IMG/VR virus record: IMGVR_UViG_3300043418_000072
Location: 248,001 to 312,000 of that record
Reading direction: 5' to 3' (one strand)
DNA length: 64,000 nucleotides
Below, piece after piece: positions 39,652 through 48,353 of the stretch (within the stretch, counting starts at the first letter, position 1; each line of letters begins with the position of its first letter). A program made the position numbers and the translations under genes. The notes under the pieces are model-generated. The model was not told the DNA's origin, searched no databases, and was given only the letters and a program-made list of their open reading frames with translations.

Positions 39652-40860
39652 TTATTTATTTCGCAAGCGATTGTACAGTTTATTCTTCAACTCTGGGCAG
39701 AGATTTTTTACTGGGCCAATTGAGTACTCTTTGACAAATATCTCAAGTCCATCAGTTTGGCCGTCTACCAGATGAGTGGTGTTTATGTATGGATGTAAAA
39801 TATTACGCACATAATCAATGCCTTCAGCCCATACACGATACGCACGGGTATCGCTGTAGCCATCTTTAAACCACTGATCAAACTCGCTTGTCCAGTCGTT
39901 AACTGCTTTATTCGATTGCCACCAACTGTTGTTCCATGTAGAGTACAGTAGCGGACGGTAGATCCGTTCGTGTACTAATCTAATCATCTCGGGTGTTAGT
40001 GTGTCGACGTCCCATAGATGCTGCTTATCCGGGTTAGCTTCAAGCCATCGCTTAATAGTATGCGCTTGCTTGATAATAATAGGTACTGCGTCGGGACTCC
40101 AGTAGAAAAACTCCACTGTGCTGTTTGTGTATTCTTTAATGTGTTCTGCTACTGTGACGATGTTTGCAGCTCTGTCAATGAACCGCAGTATCAATTGGCC
40201 ATATCTAATAAACACTCGAGGCTTTTCGATCCCTAGTACTAATGCAATTTTCTTATCTTTATCAAACTGCTTACGTAATTGATCAAAGTGGAGATAATTA
40301 AATCTCGTCACCCCTGCTGGGTTTAAACTTTCACGTTTTTCTAGCACCCAACTTGCATCATCTGCCTTTGAAAAACTTTCAAACAAATGATCAGACAGAT
40401 CCATTACACTAATCTTAGTCCTGGGAATCTGGTCTTGTATTTCTCTCAGTCTCGGCAGAGTTTGGAACACATGTTCCGCTGCTGCATTACGGGGATCTAG
40501 ATTATTCTTATCTAACTCAGTGAACTTAGCACTGGCTTTTTCTGTAGTGTTCACTACAATCTCATCTATATGCAACCCTTGTCGGATAAAGCTCATTAAG
40601 ATATTGTGGCTGTCTGATCCGCCGCTATAACTCAATATAACATAGTCGTACTGTTCTCTTATTTGCTTAGATCTAAGATCGTACAGCTGATCGAGAGTCT
40701 GTTCAGGCTCTCGGGTCCAATCGTACTGGTTAAATTCTCGATCATTGAAGGTCCAGGTAACTGGTGCATTGTTGTGCTGCACCGAGTGTACACACGCTGC
40801 GATCTTAGAATCAAATGAGATTCCGTTGCATAAGTAATATCCTAATTTTACATTGATCAT
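39652..40860 (-). CDS. PP-loop ATPase family protein (paralog 2)
   Basis: ILSYSGGSDS, GIEKP; collinear similarity to 37967..39115. Confidence 0.75.
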   Translation of the reverse strand: MINVKLGYYLCNGISFDSKIAACVHSVQHNNAPVTWTFNDREFNQYDWTREPEQTLDQLYDLRSKQIREQYDYVILSYSGGSDSHNILMSFIRQGLHIDEIVVNTTEKASAKFTELDKNNLDPRNAAAEHVFQTLPRLREIQDQIPRTKISVMDLSDHLFESFSKADDASWVLEKRESLNPAGVTRFNYLHFDQLRKQFDKDKKIALVLGIEKPRVFIRYGQLILRFIDRAANIVTVAEHIKEYTNSTVEFFYWSPDAVPIIIKQAHTIKRWLEANPDKQHLWDVDTLTPEMIRLVHERIYRPLLYSTWNNSWWQSNKAVNDWTSEFDQWFKDGYSDTRAYRVWAEGIDYVRNILHPYINTTHLVDGQTDGLEIFVKEYSIGPVKNLCPELKNKLYNRLRNK

Positions 40861-40868
40861 GTGTGGTT

Positions 40869-40876
40869 TATAAATA
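40869..40876 (+). promoter_or_regulatory. T4-type late promoter TATAAATA
   Basis: Exact motif 6 nt before ATG 40883. Confidence 0.5.
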
Positions 40877-40882
40877 TATTAA

Positions 40883-41587
40883 ATGGGTTACACAGCACAC
40901 TTCACTTCTCCGGGACGCCTTGTTGGCAGCATGAAGGACGAATTAGATGTAGCCGTTGCTAACATTGTAGCAAACAATTCGTCAATTGTCATTGATGATA
41001 ACTCCACACTATCTAGCCAAATTCTAGTAGACAGTTTCCGTAGACAACAACTGCCATTTATCCCAAAAAATACTACACTACCAATGGGTAGCACATATCT
41101 CCACGGGGTGTATGGTCCAACCGTTGCGTTACAAACTGTGAACAACAAACGTGCAATGTACTACGTAGATAGTGCGTGGGACCAAGAATCGATCAATCAA
41201 CGTGCATATGAATCTGCATATCCGAAAAACAAAATATTAAGCATAGGCAAAAAATCTTCTGCCTTTCTGTTAAGTATACTTATCGATCCAATATATGAGG
41301 GCTTCGTATATAGTTTCGAATACCTAAAGCACAATCAATTAATCACTGCTGATGAAAAGACTCTAAACGATATAGAATTTTGGATGTACTATGCAGAACC
41401 GTTATTAGTTGCACACCACTGGCGTAGCGCAATCGATTACACAAATGTGTTGTTTAATCACTCGTCTCCCGACTTCACTAAAGACACCGTCTATGTAAAT
41501 CTCAAGGTGTTAACTAAGTTTTTGTCCAGACCAGCTGTATCCACTCTCGCAGTGCCAGACAATTCTAATCTATTAGAGTTTACCTAA
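40883..41587 (+). CDS. Hypothetical protein, degenerate relative of 37105..38007
   Basis: Shared VGxMxEE, SQ.V..SF..Q..P, FL.S.L.DP.Y and W..Y..P motifs; SGxDS lost. Confidence 0.55.
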   Translation: MGYTAHFTSPGRLVGSMKDELDVAVANIVANNSSIVIDDNSTLSSQILVDSFRRQQLPFIPKNTTLPMGSTYLHGVYGPTVALQTVNNKRAMYYVDSAWDQESINQRAYESAYPKNKILSIGKKSSAFLLSILIDPIYEGFVYSFEYLKHNQLITADEKTLNDIEFWMYYAEPLLVAHHWRSAIDYTNVLFNHSSPDFTKDTVYVNLKVLTKFLSRPAVSTLAVPDNSNLLEFT

Positions 41588-42412
41588 TAGGAATTTCCGC
41601 TGCTCAACAGTATGCAATGACAGATACTGAATTATAAACTTTTGCACTTCAATATTAGTAGTTATACCCAGCTGATCAAACAACACACGGCCTTGAGTTT
41701 TTATTAAGTCTTGTAGTTTAACCACTATGTCCATTTCGGGAATAACGTCTACCACTTTCTTATACACAAGATCTCCGTTATAGATTACACCAGGAGGGCG
41801 GTAATCCTCATTATCAAATTTTCCAATATCCAACACTTCCCACATACTGTGCTCAGTTATACACTTGTCTTGTATTGCTTGCGGGAGTGAATAAAAATCA
41901 TCGGCCTTTGTGATCAAGGGCCAATTGGCTTGTTTAATGTTGTTGTACCATATAAGCACTTGTTCTTCACGATACTCGGGTGTTTGCCAATTTGGGCCGT
42001 GGCCGTTTAGCTGCTGACCTGGTTGGAACCAATATGCACGTTTGGTTTTTGTTAAATGCCACTGTGTTGCTAGGTCTGTGTATAACAAGATTTTCTTTCC
42101 CGGATACTTGGCAAGTATGTTATCCTGCGGTCCAGGTTTTTGCGTTATCGGTATTGGGTTGCAGAGAAAAAATACTTTACTAACATCAAAACTAGTTGCC
42201 CGTGTGCCACTATTATTAGGCCATATTTCGTTGTCTTTCCACGCCGAAACATTTTGTATATTCCATTGCGTGGACTTTGTTTTGTGTACGTTGATTGTTC
42301 CGTTTTCGAAGCAACACTTATATTGGCCGCTGAGTAGCAACAGGTACAAACAAAAGAATCCGCCACTACCTCCAAAATAACAAATAGTTACATCAGCTGG
42401 CTTCTGCGTCAT
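41573..42412 (-). CDS. Hypothetical protein (sulfotransferase-like N-terminus)
   Basis: ICYFGGSGGF; WYNNIKQANWP motif. Confidence 0.55.
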   Translation of the reverse strand: MTQKPADVTICYFGGSGGFFCLYLLLLSGQYKCCFENGTINVHKTKSTQWNIQNVSAWKDNEIWPNNSGTRATSFDVSKVFFLCNPIPITQKPGPQDNILAKYPGKKILLYTDLATQWHLTKTKRAYWFQPGQQLNGHGPNWQTPEYREEQVLIWYNNIKQANWPLITKADDFYSLPQAIQDKCITEHSMWEVLDIGKFDNEDYRPPGVIYNGDLVYKKVVDVIPEMDIVVKLQDLIKTQGRVLFDQLGITTNIEVQKFIIQYLSLHTVEQRKFLLGKL

Positions 42413-43305
42413 CGGGCAACCCCAGTTAACTCTGATACAATAGTTTGTACTGTCTTAATTGAACTAATGTAATCAATTGCTTTGCCCGCAAATACATGCC
42501 CAGCAGTCGGACTCTTGATTCCCAGTTCTAGTCCCATTGTGTGATTACCATCTACGTCAGGCTCTGAAGAAAATACCAAAGCATTTTGATGAGCTTCGCC
42601 AATATTCTTTACTTGATCAAATGACGATTCGATCATTTTCAGTTTGGTTTCAGTTGAAATAGATGATTCTTCTGATACTGCAAATATTGTTCCCAACCCA
42701 ACTGCACATGCTCCTGCATCCAAGCAGTCTTGTATATCTTGTGCCGACGTTACGCCGCCCGATGCGATAATATTTAGATTGCTGTGGGTCGATTTTAGTT
42801 GCTTGATTCTATCCACTAGACTAATTGACACGTCTGCAACACGGGACGCAGCATCTGGTCCCTTTATATCAATTGCATCAATGTAATTAACTAAGTCCCC
42901 AATAGGGCGTGTGCTCAATACTTTGTAGATTATCTTAATTTTATATTTTCTAAAAAGTTTAATGATATTTGTTAAACGAATGTTTGTTAAGTCTACATCA
43001 TCAAACAATTCCAAGTAATTTGGATGGTATTTTAGAATAGCTTCAACCAGCGTTGTATCTTTTAATAAAAAATCCGATCGCAGTGCAAGAATAAAATCAC
43101 GAGACCCAGATTGCTCAGTGAATTCTTTCATCTCCGACACAATCTTTGTTACGTCAAGAGTCAATCGAGACTCAATATAATTGTGTACTACCAGGCTTGG
43201 CAGACAGCCTGCGTTGTGAACCGCGAGAGCCAACTTAACGTCGGACACTCTATTCATTGGCGCACAAATAATAGGATGTGTACAAGATAAAAAATTGTTT
43301 TGCAT
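42409..43305 (-). CDS. Nitronate monooxygenase/FabK-like FMN oxidoreductase
   Basis: PIICAPMNRVS, IIASGGV, GACAVGLGTIFAVSEES. Confidence 0.8.
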   Translation of the reverse strand: MQNNFLSCTHPIICAPMNRVSDVKLALAVHNAGCLPSLVVHNYIESRLTLDVTKIVSEMKEFTEQSGSRDFILALRSDFLLKDTTLVEAILKYHPNYLELFDDVDLTNIRLTNIIKLFRKYKIKIIYKVLSTRPIGDLVNYIDAIDIKGPDAASRVADVSISLVDRIKQLKSTHSNLNIIASGGVTSAQDIQDCLDAGACAVGLGTIFAVSEESSISTETKLKMIESSFDQVKNIGEAHQNALVFSSEPDVDGNHTMGLELGIKSPTAGHVFAGKAIDYISSIKTVQTIVSELTGVAR

Positions 43306-43320
43306 CAGATACTTATCTTA

Positions 43321-43394
43321 TGGTGCTCCCACTAAGAATCGAACTTAGGACTGCGCTATACCACAGCGCCGATATACCATTTACCTATGAGAGC
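43321..43394 (-). tRNA. tRNA-Thr(GGT)
   Basis: Cloverleaf; unusual G32. Confidence 0.85.
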
Positions 43395-43400
43395 AGGTGT

Positions 43401-44609
43401 TTATTTTGTTTGTATAGAGAATACGTCTGTAAACGATTCGCCCCTAATAACATCATACTTCTTTGTATAGTCAAAGAATGCAGATGGCATATTTGGCGTT
43501 AATGTTGATAACGCTTGTTTCACATTTAGTAGCTCAGTAACCAATACTACATAATTTGGTGCAGTTAGTATTTCAACTGCTTTGTTAATTTGCTCAATTG
43601 CCCGGCCCCGCAGTTGATTAGGCAAGTTGTTAAAGTTCATGCCTGGCGGAGAAGTTACGTTATAGCACTTCACGCCAATGGTGTTGTTTTCGTTATATAG
43701 CCGCATCAGGAACGTTGCTGTTTCTGCAAAATCCATTAAACTATATGCAGATATTGCTGTTGTAACTTCCATCTTAAACGGCGATTGAAGTTGGTTAAGT
43801 CTAAGTACGTTACTTTCAACTTTTGGCCAATCTGTTCCGCTGCGAATATATTCTGCCGATTTACCCACTGCGTCAATGCTCATTACCATCTGCACTGTTT
43901 TAAATTTACTAAGACGGTCAACAAACAATGGGTTATACACACTGCAATTGGTGTATAGCTCTAGGTTAATTTCTTTGTTGAATCCGTTATCTATTAGATA
44001 ATCAAGGTAGTCGTAATATTCTTTTATTAAGAATGGTTCCCCACCCGTTAAGCATACTTTCCATACTGAGGCCAAGAAGGCAGGGTCCTTAAGACCCTCA
44101 ATAGAATTGCTTTCAATTTTTGTAATAGGTATCACACTGTACTCAATGTGGCTACCTTCTTTATCTGGTTTAATGTTGTGCTGAATCTTTTCTGCTGCAA
44201 AGCTAGAGCTAGATGTTTCATCGCACATTCTGCATTTCATGTTACACAGATTACTAAATCTAAGTTCAATGCGGCCCGGTACTGTCGGTGTGTCGGCTGT
44301 AAATTTATTTGCAAACCATTGATCTTCGTACTCGGGTTCTGGGCCTACATTATAGTAATTCCAAATTGCGCCGCGTGTGCTTTTTAGCCCCATGTCTTCT
44401 TTTGTCTTGCAGCCGCCACATGCAGTTGGGGCAGTGCCACTCAGCATATCTGTCTTCATCTGCTTGAGCCAATCACTGTTGATATACTCAGCGGGTGTCA
44501 TGCCAGACTCTAAGTTCTTGATGTAATGACACGGACTAGGAGAGTTGGCGTGATAGTACATCATTGTCCACGGTGCTGGGCAAAAGAACTTCTCAGAAAA
44601 CTTTGCCAT
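43401..44609 (-). CDS. Radical SAM enzyme with N-terminal twitch-like domain
   Basis: FCPAPW..PC..CGGC, CNMKCRMC, TGGEP. Confidence 0.9.
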   Translation of the reverse strand: MAKFSEKFFCPAPWTMMYYHANSPSPCHYIKNLESGMTPAEYINSDWLKQMKTDMLSGTAPTACGGCKTKEDMGLKSTRGAIWNYYNVGPEPEYEDQWFANKFTADTPTVPGRIELRFSNLCNMKCRMCDETSSSSFAAEKIQHNIKPDKEGSHIEYSVIPITKIESNSIEGLKDPAFLASVWKVCLTGGEPFLIKEYYDYLDYLIDNGFNKEINLELYTNCSVYNPLFVDRLSKFKTVQMVMSIDAVGKSAEYIRSGTDWPKVESNVLRLNQLQSPFKMEVTTAISAYSLMDFAETATFLMRLYNENNTIGVKCYNVTSPPGMNFNNLPNQLRGRAIEQINKAVEILTAPNYVVLVTELLNVKQALSTLTPNMPSAFFDYTKKYDVIRGESFTDVFSIQTK

Positions 44610-44625
44610 TATGGCTCCTGTATTA

Positions 44626-44701
44626 TGGTGCCTCTAACCGGATTCGAACCAGTGACACAAGGATTTTCAATCCTCTGCTCTACCAACTGAGCTATAAAGG
44701 C
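44626..44701 (-). tRNA. tRNA-Phe(GAA)
   Basis: Canonical cloverleaf. Confidence 0.9.
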
Positions 44702-44801
44702 AAATTTAAATGGCATTGTGGGTTCCTACCACACCTGAACCTTGTTCCACCGCTCGTTCAAAGACTTATGTGGCGATCCCGTGCATTCGCATTACACCAT
44801 A

Positions 44802-44920
44802 CCATATAGAAGCACTCTCAAATGCAGGCATAGGAGGAGTCAAGCTCTGAAACTTTCGCATCTGCAGATACTAGGCTTCTTCTCCCGCTTTGACTTATGC
44901 CAAGAATACTTCTATATAGG
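44802..44920 (-). ncRNA. Stem-closed small RNA
   Basis: ~15-bp terminal duplex ATATAGAAG.A.TCT; inner GGCATA/TATGCC helix. Confidence 0.4.
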
Positions 44921-45142
44921 CTCCACCGTTAACGACAGCATTCGTCCTGGCTTTATTTTATGTCGGTTAATGCACGGTGGACACACATGCCGACGGGGTT
45001 ACAGTTTCAATGATGGGATTCGAACCCACTAACTACCCGTGCGCTGCGGGTTGTGCTACGCTCAATATAAAACTGGTTTACTCTGTTTCGAACCAGACCA
45101 ACAGTATATCTTTGCACTATCTTTCCATGTCGTCTTCATTGT

Positions 45143-45245
45143 TACCATATAGAAACACACTATGTGGAATCGAACCACTGACCCTTTCACTCCGTAGAGA
45201 CCGTGCAATACGCTTAGTCGCCGACTAGTATGTTTTTATATGGTA
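45143..45245 (-). ncRNA. T-arm-containing RNA on long stem
   Basis: 20-bp imperfect terminal inverted repeat; GTGG-TTCGATT-CCAC. Confidence 0.5.
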
Positions 45246-45318
45246 GAAGCACTGGGGCTCGAACCCAGGACCCTCGGATTAAAAGTCCGATGCTCTAAAC
45301 CAACTGAGCTATACTTCC
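45241..45318 (-). tRNA. tRNA-Lys(TTT)
   Basis: Canonical cloverleaf. Confidence 0.9.
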
Positions 45319-45325
45319 ATGACCT

Positions 45326-45456
45326 TACCATATCAAAGTACGCTACGGAATCGAACCGCAGTCGTCAACCTTTCCCTCCAGGGCAATTGATACAATTATA
45401 GCTTCCACAGGAGCGACCTGATTCACTATAATGCACTAGCGTACTTTGATATGGTA
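45326..45456 (-). ncRNA. T-arm-containing RNA on perfect 20-bp stem
   Basis: TACCATATCAAAGTACGCTA perfect inverted repeat; CGG-TTCGATT-CCG. Confidence 0.5.
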
Positions 45457-45526
45457 GGGGCACAGAGAATCGAACTCTGGTTCTCTGGTTAAAAGCCAGA
45501 TACTTTAGCCGCTAAGTTATACCCCC
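45452..45526 (-). tRNA. tRNA-Lys(TTT), second copy
   Basis: Cloverleaf with CCA. Confidence 0.9.
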
Positions 45527-45529
45527 ATA

Positions 45530-45604
45530 TGGTCCACAGCCAGAGAATCGAACTCTGTTAGCCCGGGTAAGAGCCGGGTACTTCGCCAGCAAAGTTTGCT
45601 GTGG
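45530..45604 (-). tRNA. tRNA-Lys(CTT), atypical
   Basis: A8 instead of U8; loop CT-CTT-AC; CCA. Confidence 0.75.
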
Positions 45605-45617
45605 ATGGATTCGTAAA

Positions 45618-45692
45618 TTACTTTTCTTTTACGTGCCATCCAGGACCATACGGGGGTCTAGGATGACACTATCGTTTACCTGAACGTTTCAT
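45618..45692 (-). promoter_or_regulatory. Mini-ORF MKRSGKR-UAG followed by a strong hairpin
   Basis: AAGGA RBS, ATG 45692, TAG 45669-45671, hairpin 45633-45669, in-frame TAA at 45618. Confidence 0.45.
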
Positions 45693-45706
45693 GACATTTT
45701 TCCTTT

Positions 45707-46378
45707 TTAATTCCAAAGTAAGTCAAAGTTGCCAGCTAACACTTTCTTAACGCTTGCAGTCTTGTCACTTACGTGATCTTTAACTGTATCGTCTTGAAAG
45801 CGGTATGTGCGAATTTTGTCTCCTCGCATCCCTGAACCAACTTGTTGCTTTCTGTTGCTTGCTAAGTTGTTATTATAACAGTCTTTTGTTATCTTGTCAA
45901 CTCTTTCTCTAATAGTTTGCATGGCTTCTGCCAAACTATTTTCCCTACTGCGGCACTGTGCTGTTACTACTGTGCCGCTAGGTACGTGCGTAACACGGGC
46001 ACTGTTTTGGTGCTTGTTACGGTGTTGTCCTCCTGCGCCTGTTCCGCTGTACCATTCAATCTTCAGATCTGAGTCAAGAATAGCAGTGGTCGGCACACTT
46101 GGATCAACGACAGCGACAGTAACGGTACTAGTATGTACTCGTCCTTTTCGCTCAGTTGGTGGTACACGCTGTATTCGGTGTCCACCTGGCTCGTTGTATA
46201 AGCCAGATAAATCAGCACCCTCGACTAAGATATGAACTTCGCCAAGATACTCATTTATCAGGCGGCTAGTTCAGCCCTTGCTGTGTGCAAATTTAATGTA
46301 GGCTTGCGCCAAGTCTTTTACAAATAGTTTACTGTCTTCGCCACCTTCTGCGGCACGGACTTCAATTACACGTTTCAT
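45707..46378 (-). CDS. RF1-like peptide chain release factor lacking domain 1, with in-frame UGA at codon 36
   Basis: EVRAAEGG, KG*T, GGHRIQRVPPTERKGRVHTS (PxT), GAGGQH, KIRTY; the frame is continuous across TGA 46271-46273. Confidence 0.85.
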
Positions 46379-46703
46379 ATTCATTTTTCTCTTTTAATCG
46401 CATAGCTTCTAATCTTGCTTTCAAGAATAGTTCAACTACATCTTTATTTAACTTAGTAAATCCTGTCTTGATTAGAAAGAACAATTCGTCTTTTTCTGAC
46501 TCAAGCCATACCACGTGAGCATCACCTGTATTGCCCACTGCCCCAAGTCCTTCGGGGTTGCTGAATCTCTGTGCCGCGTTACAAATGAACGCAAACTTTA
46601 CCCCAAAGTCCCTTGATAGTACTTCTGGACCAGTGGCCTCACCTTGGGCAATCCGGTACACATAGTTGTACTCGTACGGAACGTCAACGTAGACTTTGTG
46701 CAT
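46362..46703 (-). CDS. Hypothetical protein
   Basis: 113-aa coupled ORF. Confidence 0.55.
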   Translation of the reverse strand: MHKVYVDVPYEYNYVYRIAQGEATGPEVLSRDFGVKFAFICNAAQRFSNPEGLGAVGNTGDAHVVWLESEKDELFFLIKTGFTKLNKDVVELFLKARLEAMRLKEKNEYETCN

Positions 46704-47206
46704 TAGATATCACCTTCGTGGCTTGGGGGTAAAATGATACCACCTGCGCTGTATTGGTATGGTTGACCATTGATTGTTGGCTCTTCGTTCTCATCGTATG
46801 TCCATCCCAGATGCTTCATCATGCGATGCTTGACTAGCAAGTTAGGAGCACGAAATGCTTCAGTGTCATCAAACCCAAGCATGACCCCAACTTCACAAAC
46901 TGCACCACTGCGGCAAACACCGGCATGGCAGTGAACAATCACGTTCATGCGATTCTCTAGTGCATGTTGCAACAAACGAACTAGCTCCGCAGCTTGCTCG
47001 TGACTGCAACGCATTTCTTCTTCAAGAACGTAGTCCTTTTCCTCTACATCGAGGAACTCAAATTGATGAACTTCTCTAAACTTGTAAAGGGGGGTAGGAC
47101 ACTCGCTCCCGCAGTCAACAATTTGAATCAACATAGCGTTATCACCGGGGTTTATGTGAAACCCTTTAGTGACATCGCTACGTGCTACGTTTTGGATCCA
47201 GGGCAT
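46703..47206 (-). CDS. Cys-based tyrosine/dual-specificity phosphatase
   Basis: VHCHAGVCRS (CX5R); start MPWIQN. Confidence 0.85.
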   Translation of the reverse strand: MPWIQNVARSDVTKGFHINPGDNAMLIQIVDCGSECPTPLYKFREVHQFEFLDVEEKDYVLEEEMRCSHEQAAELVRLLQHALENRMNVIVHCHAGVCRSGAVCEVGVMLGFDDTEAFRAPNLLVKHRMMKHLGWTYDENEEPTINGQPYQYSAGGIILPPSHEGDI

Positions 47207-47231
47207 TTTGTTTCCTTGTGTTAAATACAGT

Positions 47232-47408
47232 ATGAGCAAACCCAATCCTGGATTCGATGAATTACTTAAACTCGGCAACGGAACTTATTCCAATGCTAAG
47301 AGCTTCTCTTGTGTTAAACATTTTACACGAGATTATCCTGAAAAGCAAGATTTGCCTTTTGTACAGGATATGAAATTCTGGCAGAGGATAGTGGAATCGA
47401 ACCACTAA
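47232..47408 (+). CDS. Possible small late protein (58 aa)
   Basis: TAAATA just upstream of the ATG; overlaps the tRNA remnant. Confidence 0.25.
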   Translation: MSKPNPGFDELLKLGNGTYSNAKSFSCVKHFTRDYPEKQDLPFVQDMKFWQRIVESNH

Positions 47409-47412
47409 TGAC
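47379..47412 (-). pseudogene. 3' half of a tRNA (Gln-like remnant)
   Basis: T arm, acceptor 3' strand and CCA only, abutting the intact tRNA-Gln. Confidence 0.6.
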
Positions 47413-47490
47413 TGGCAGGGGTTATCGGATTCGAACCGATGATACTAATTTCAAAGACTAGTGCTTTAGGCCAAACTAAGCTAAACCCCA
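47413..47490 (-). tRNA. tRNA-Gln(TTG)
   Basis: Loop CT-TTG-AA, G73, CCA. Confidence 0.85.
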
Positions 47491-47494
47491 ACAA

Positions 47495-47896
47495 TTATCT
47501 ATATTTTTCCAAGTTGTTTAATGTCCATCTACCGACATTTTTACCTTTATTTCTACCAGCAAATGTATCTGTTTGACTATGGCAGTTAGGACATAATAAT
47601 CTTAGATTATCTAGTTTATTATTACTTGAGTCACCGTTTATGTGGTCCACTTGACACTTAATTGGACGACTGGCCCATTCGGATATTCCGCAAGTGGAAC
47701 ACTTGTTACCAAATAAACTCATTAACACACTGTATATTGTTGGCCGATTTGTTATTTGCCCATCAACAATAAGTTTTTTATTTTCTGCTAATACCATACT
47801 AGATTTATGCTGACTCTGGCATGCGTGATTACAATAAACTCTCTCTTGTGTTGAATATCTTGGTATGATTTCTTTTTTACAATTTAAGCATAACAT
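47495..47896 (-). CDS. HNH endonuclease
   Basis: CSTCG...QVDHING..NN...NLRLLCPNCHS; preceded by TATAAATA at 47917-47924. Confidence 0.9.
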   Translation of the reverse strand: MLCLNCKKEIIPRYSTQERVYCNHACQSQHKSSMVLAENKKLIVDGQITNRPTIYSVLMSLFGNKCSTCGISEWASRPIKCQVDHINGDSSNNKLDNLRLLCPNCHSQTDTFAGRNKGKNVGRWTLNNLEKYR

Positions 47897-47958
47897 AGTG
47901 TTATTCTCCTTAATTGTATTTATAACGTTGGCTTGATTGTGCCAACGTTATACCAAAT

Positions 47959-48021
47959 TGGTGGACAACCGTTTAACGTCCGATCGCCCAAAGACGGGGT
48001 CTGTGTGCTAACAATTTATCC
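47959..48021 (-). ncRNA. Degenerate 63-nt tRNA-like element
   Basis: GGATAA/TTGTCC-A-CCA acceptor with shrunken arms. Confidence 0.3.
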
Positions 48022-48051
48022 TATTATACGCCGCTAGCAAAGGCGAGGCTC

Positions 48052-48126
48052 TGGGGAGAAGTACGGGAATCGAACCCGTGATAGCGGAATCACAACCCGC
48101 GGTTTTGCCACTAAACTAACGACTCC
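48052..48126 (-). tRNA. tRNA-His(GTG)
   Basis: G-1:C73, CCA. Confidence 0.85.
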
Positions 48127-48133
48127 ATAACTC

Positions 48134-48343
48134 TTAGTCGCGCAACTTTTTCAAGTACTCGCGGCCAATTTTTCCTTCTTCAATTTCTTTCAACACTGTT
48201 GCAGTGATGCCACCAGCGCCACTTACTTTTGCAGCATGTCCTCGCTTGAGTTCACGTGCTCGTGCGCTTGCAATAAGCACTAGATCAAAACGATTACCAA
48301 CTTGGTCTACTGCTGCTGCTGAAGTGTTTCTACTATTTGACAT
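48134..48343 (-). CDS. rpoZ: RNA polymerase omega subunit homolog
   Basis: VGNRFDLVLIASARAREL..G...LKEIEEGKIG. Confidence 0.85.
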   Translation of the reverse strand: MSNSRNTSAAAVDQVGNRFDLVLIASARARELKRGHAAKVSGAGGITATVLKEIEEGKIGREYLKKLRD

Positions 48344-48353
48344 AACTACCCTT

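Noticed and set aside
46240-46273. Selenocysteine at the RF UGA
   Set aside because: The position aligns with Trp, not Cys, and no tRNA-Sec or sel genes are in the window.
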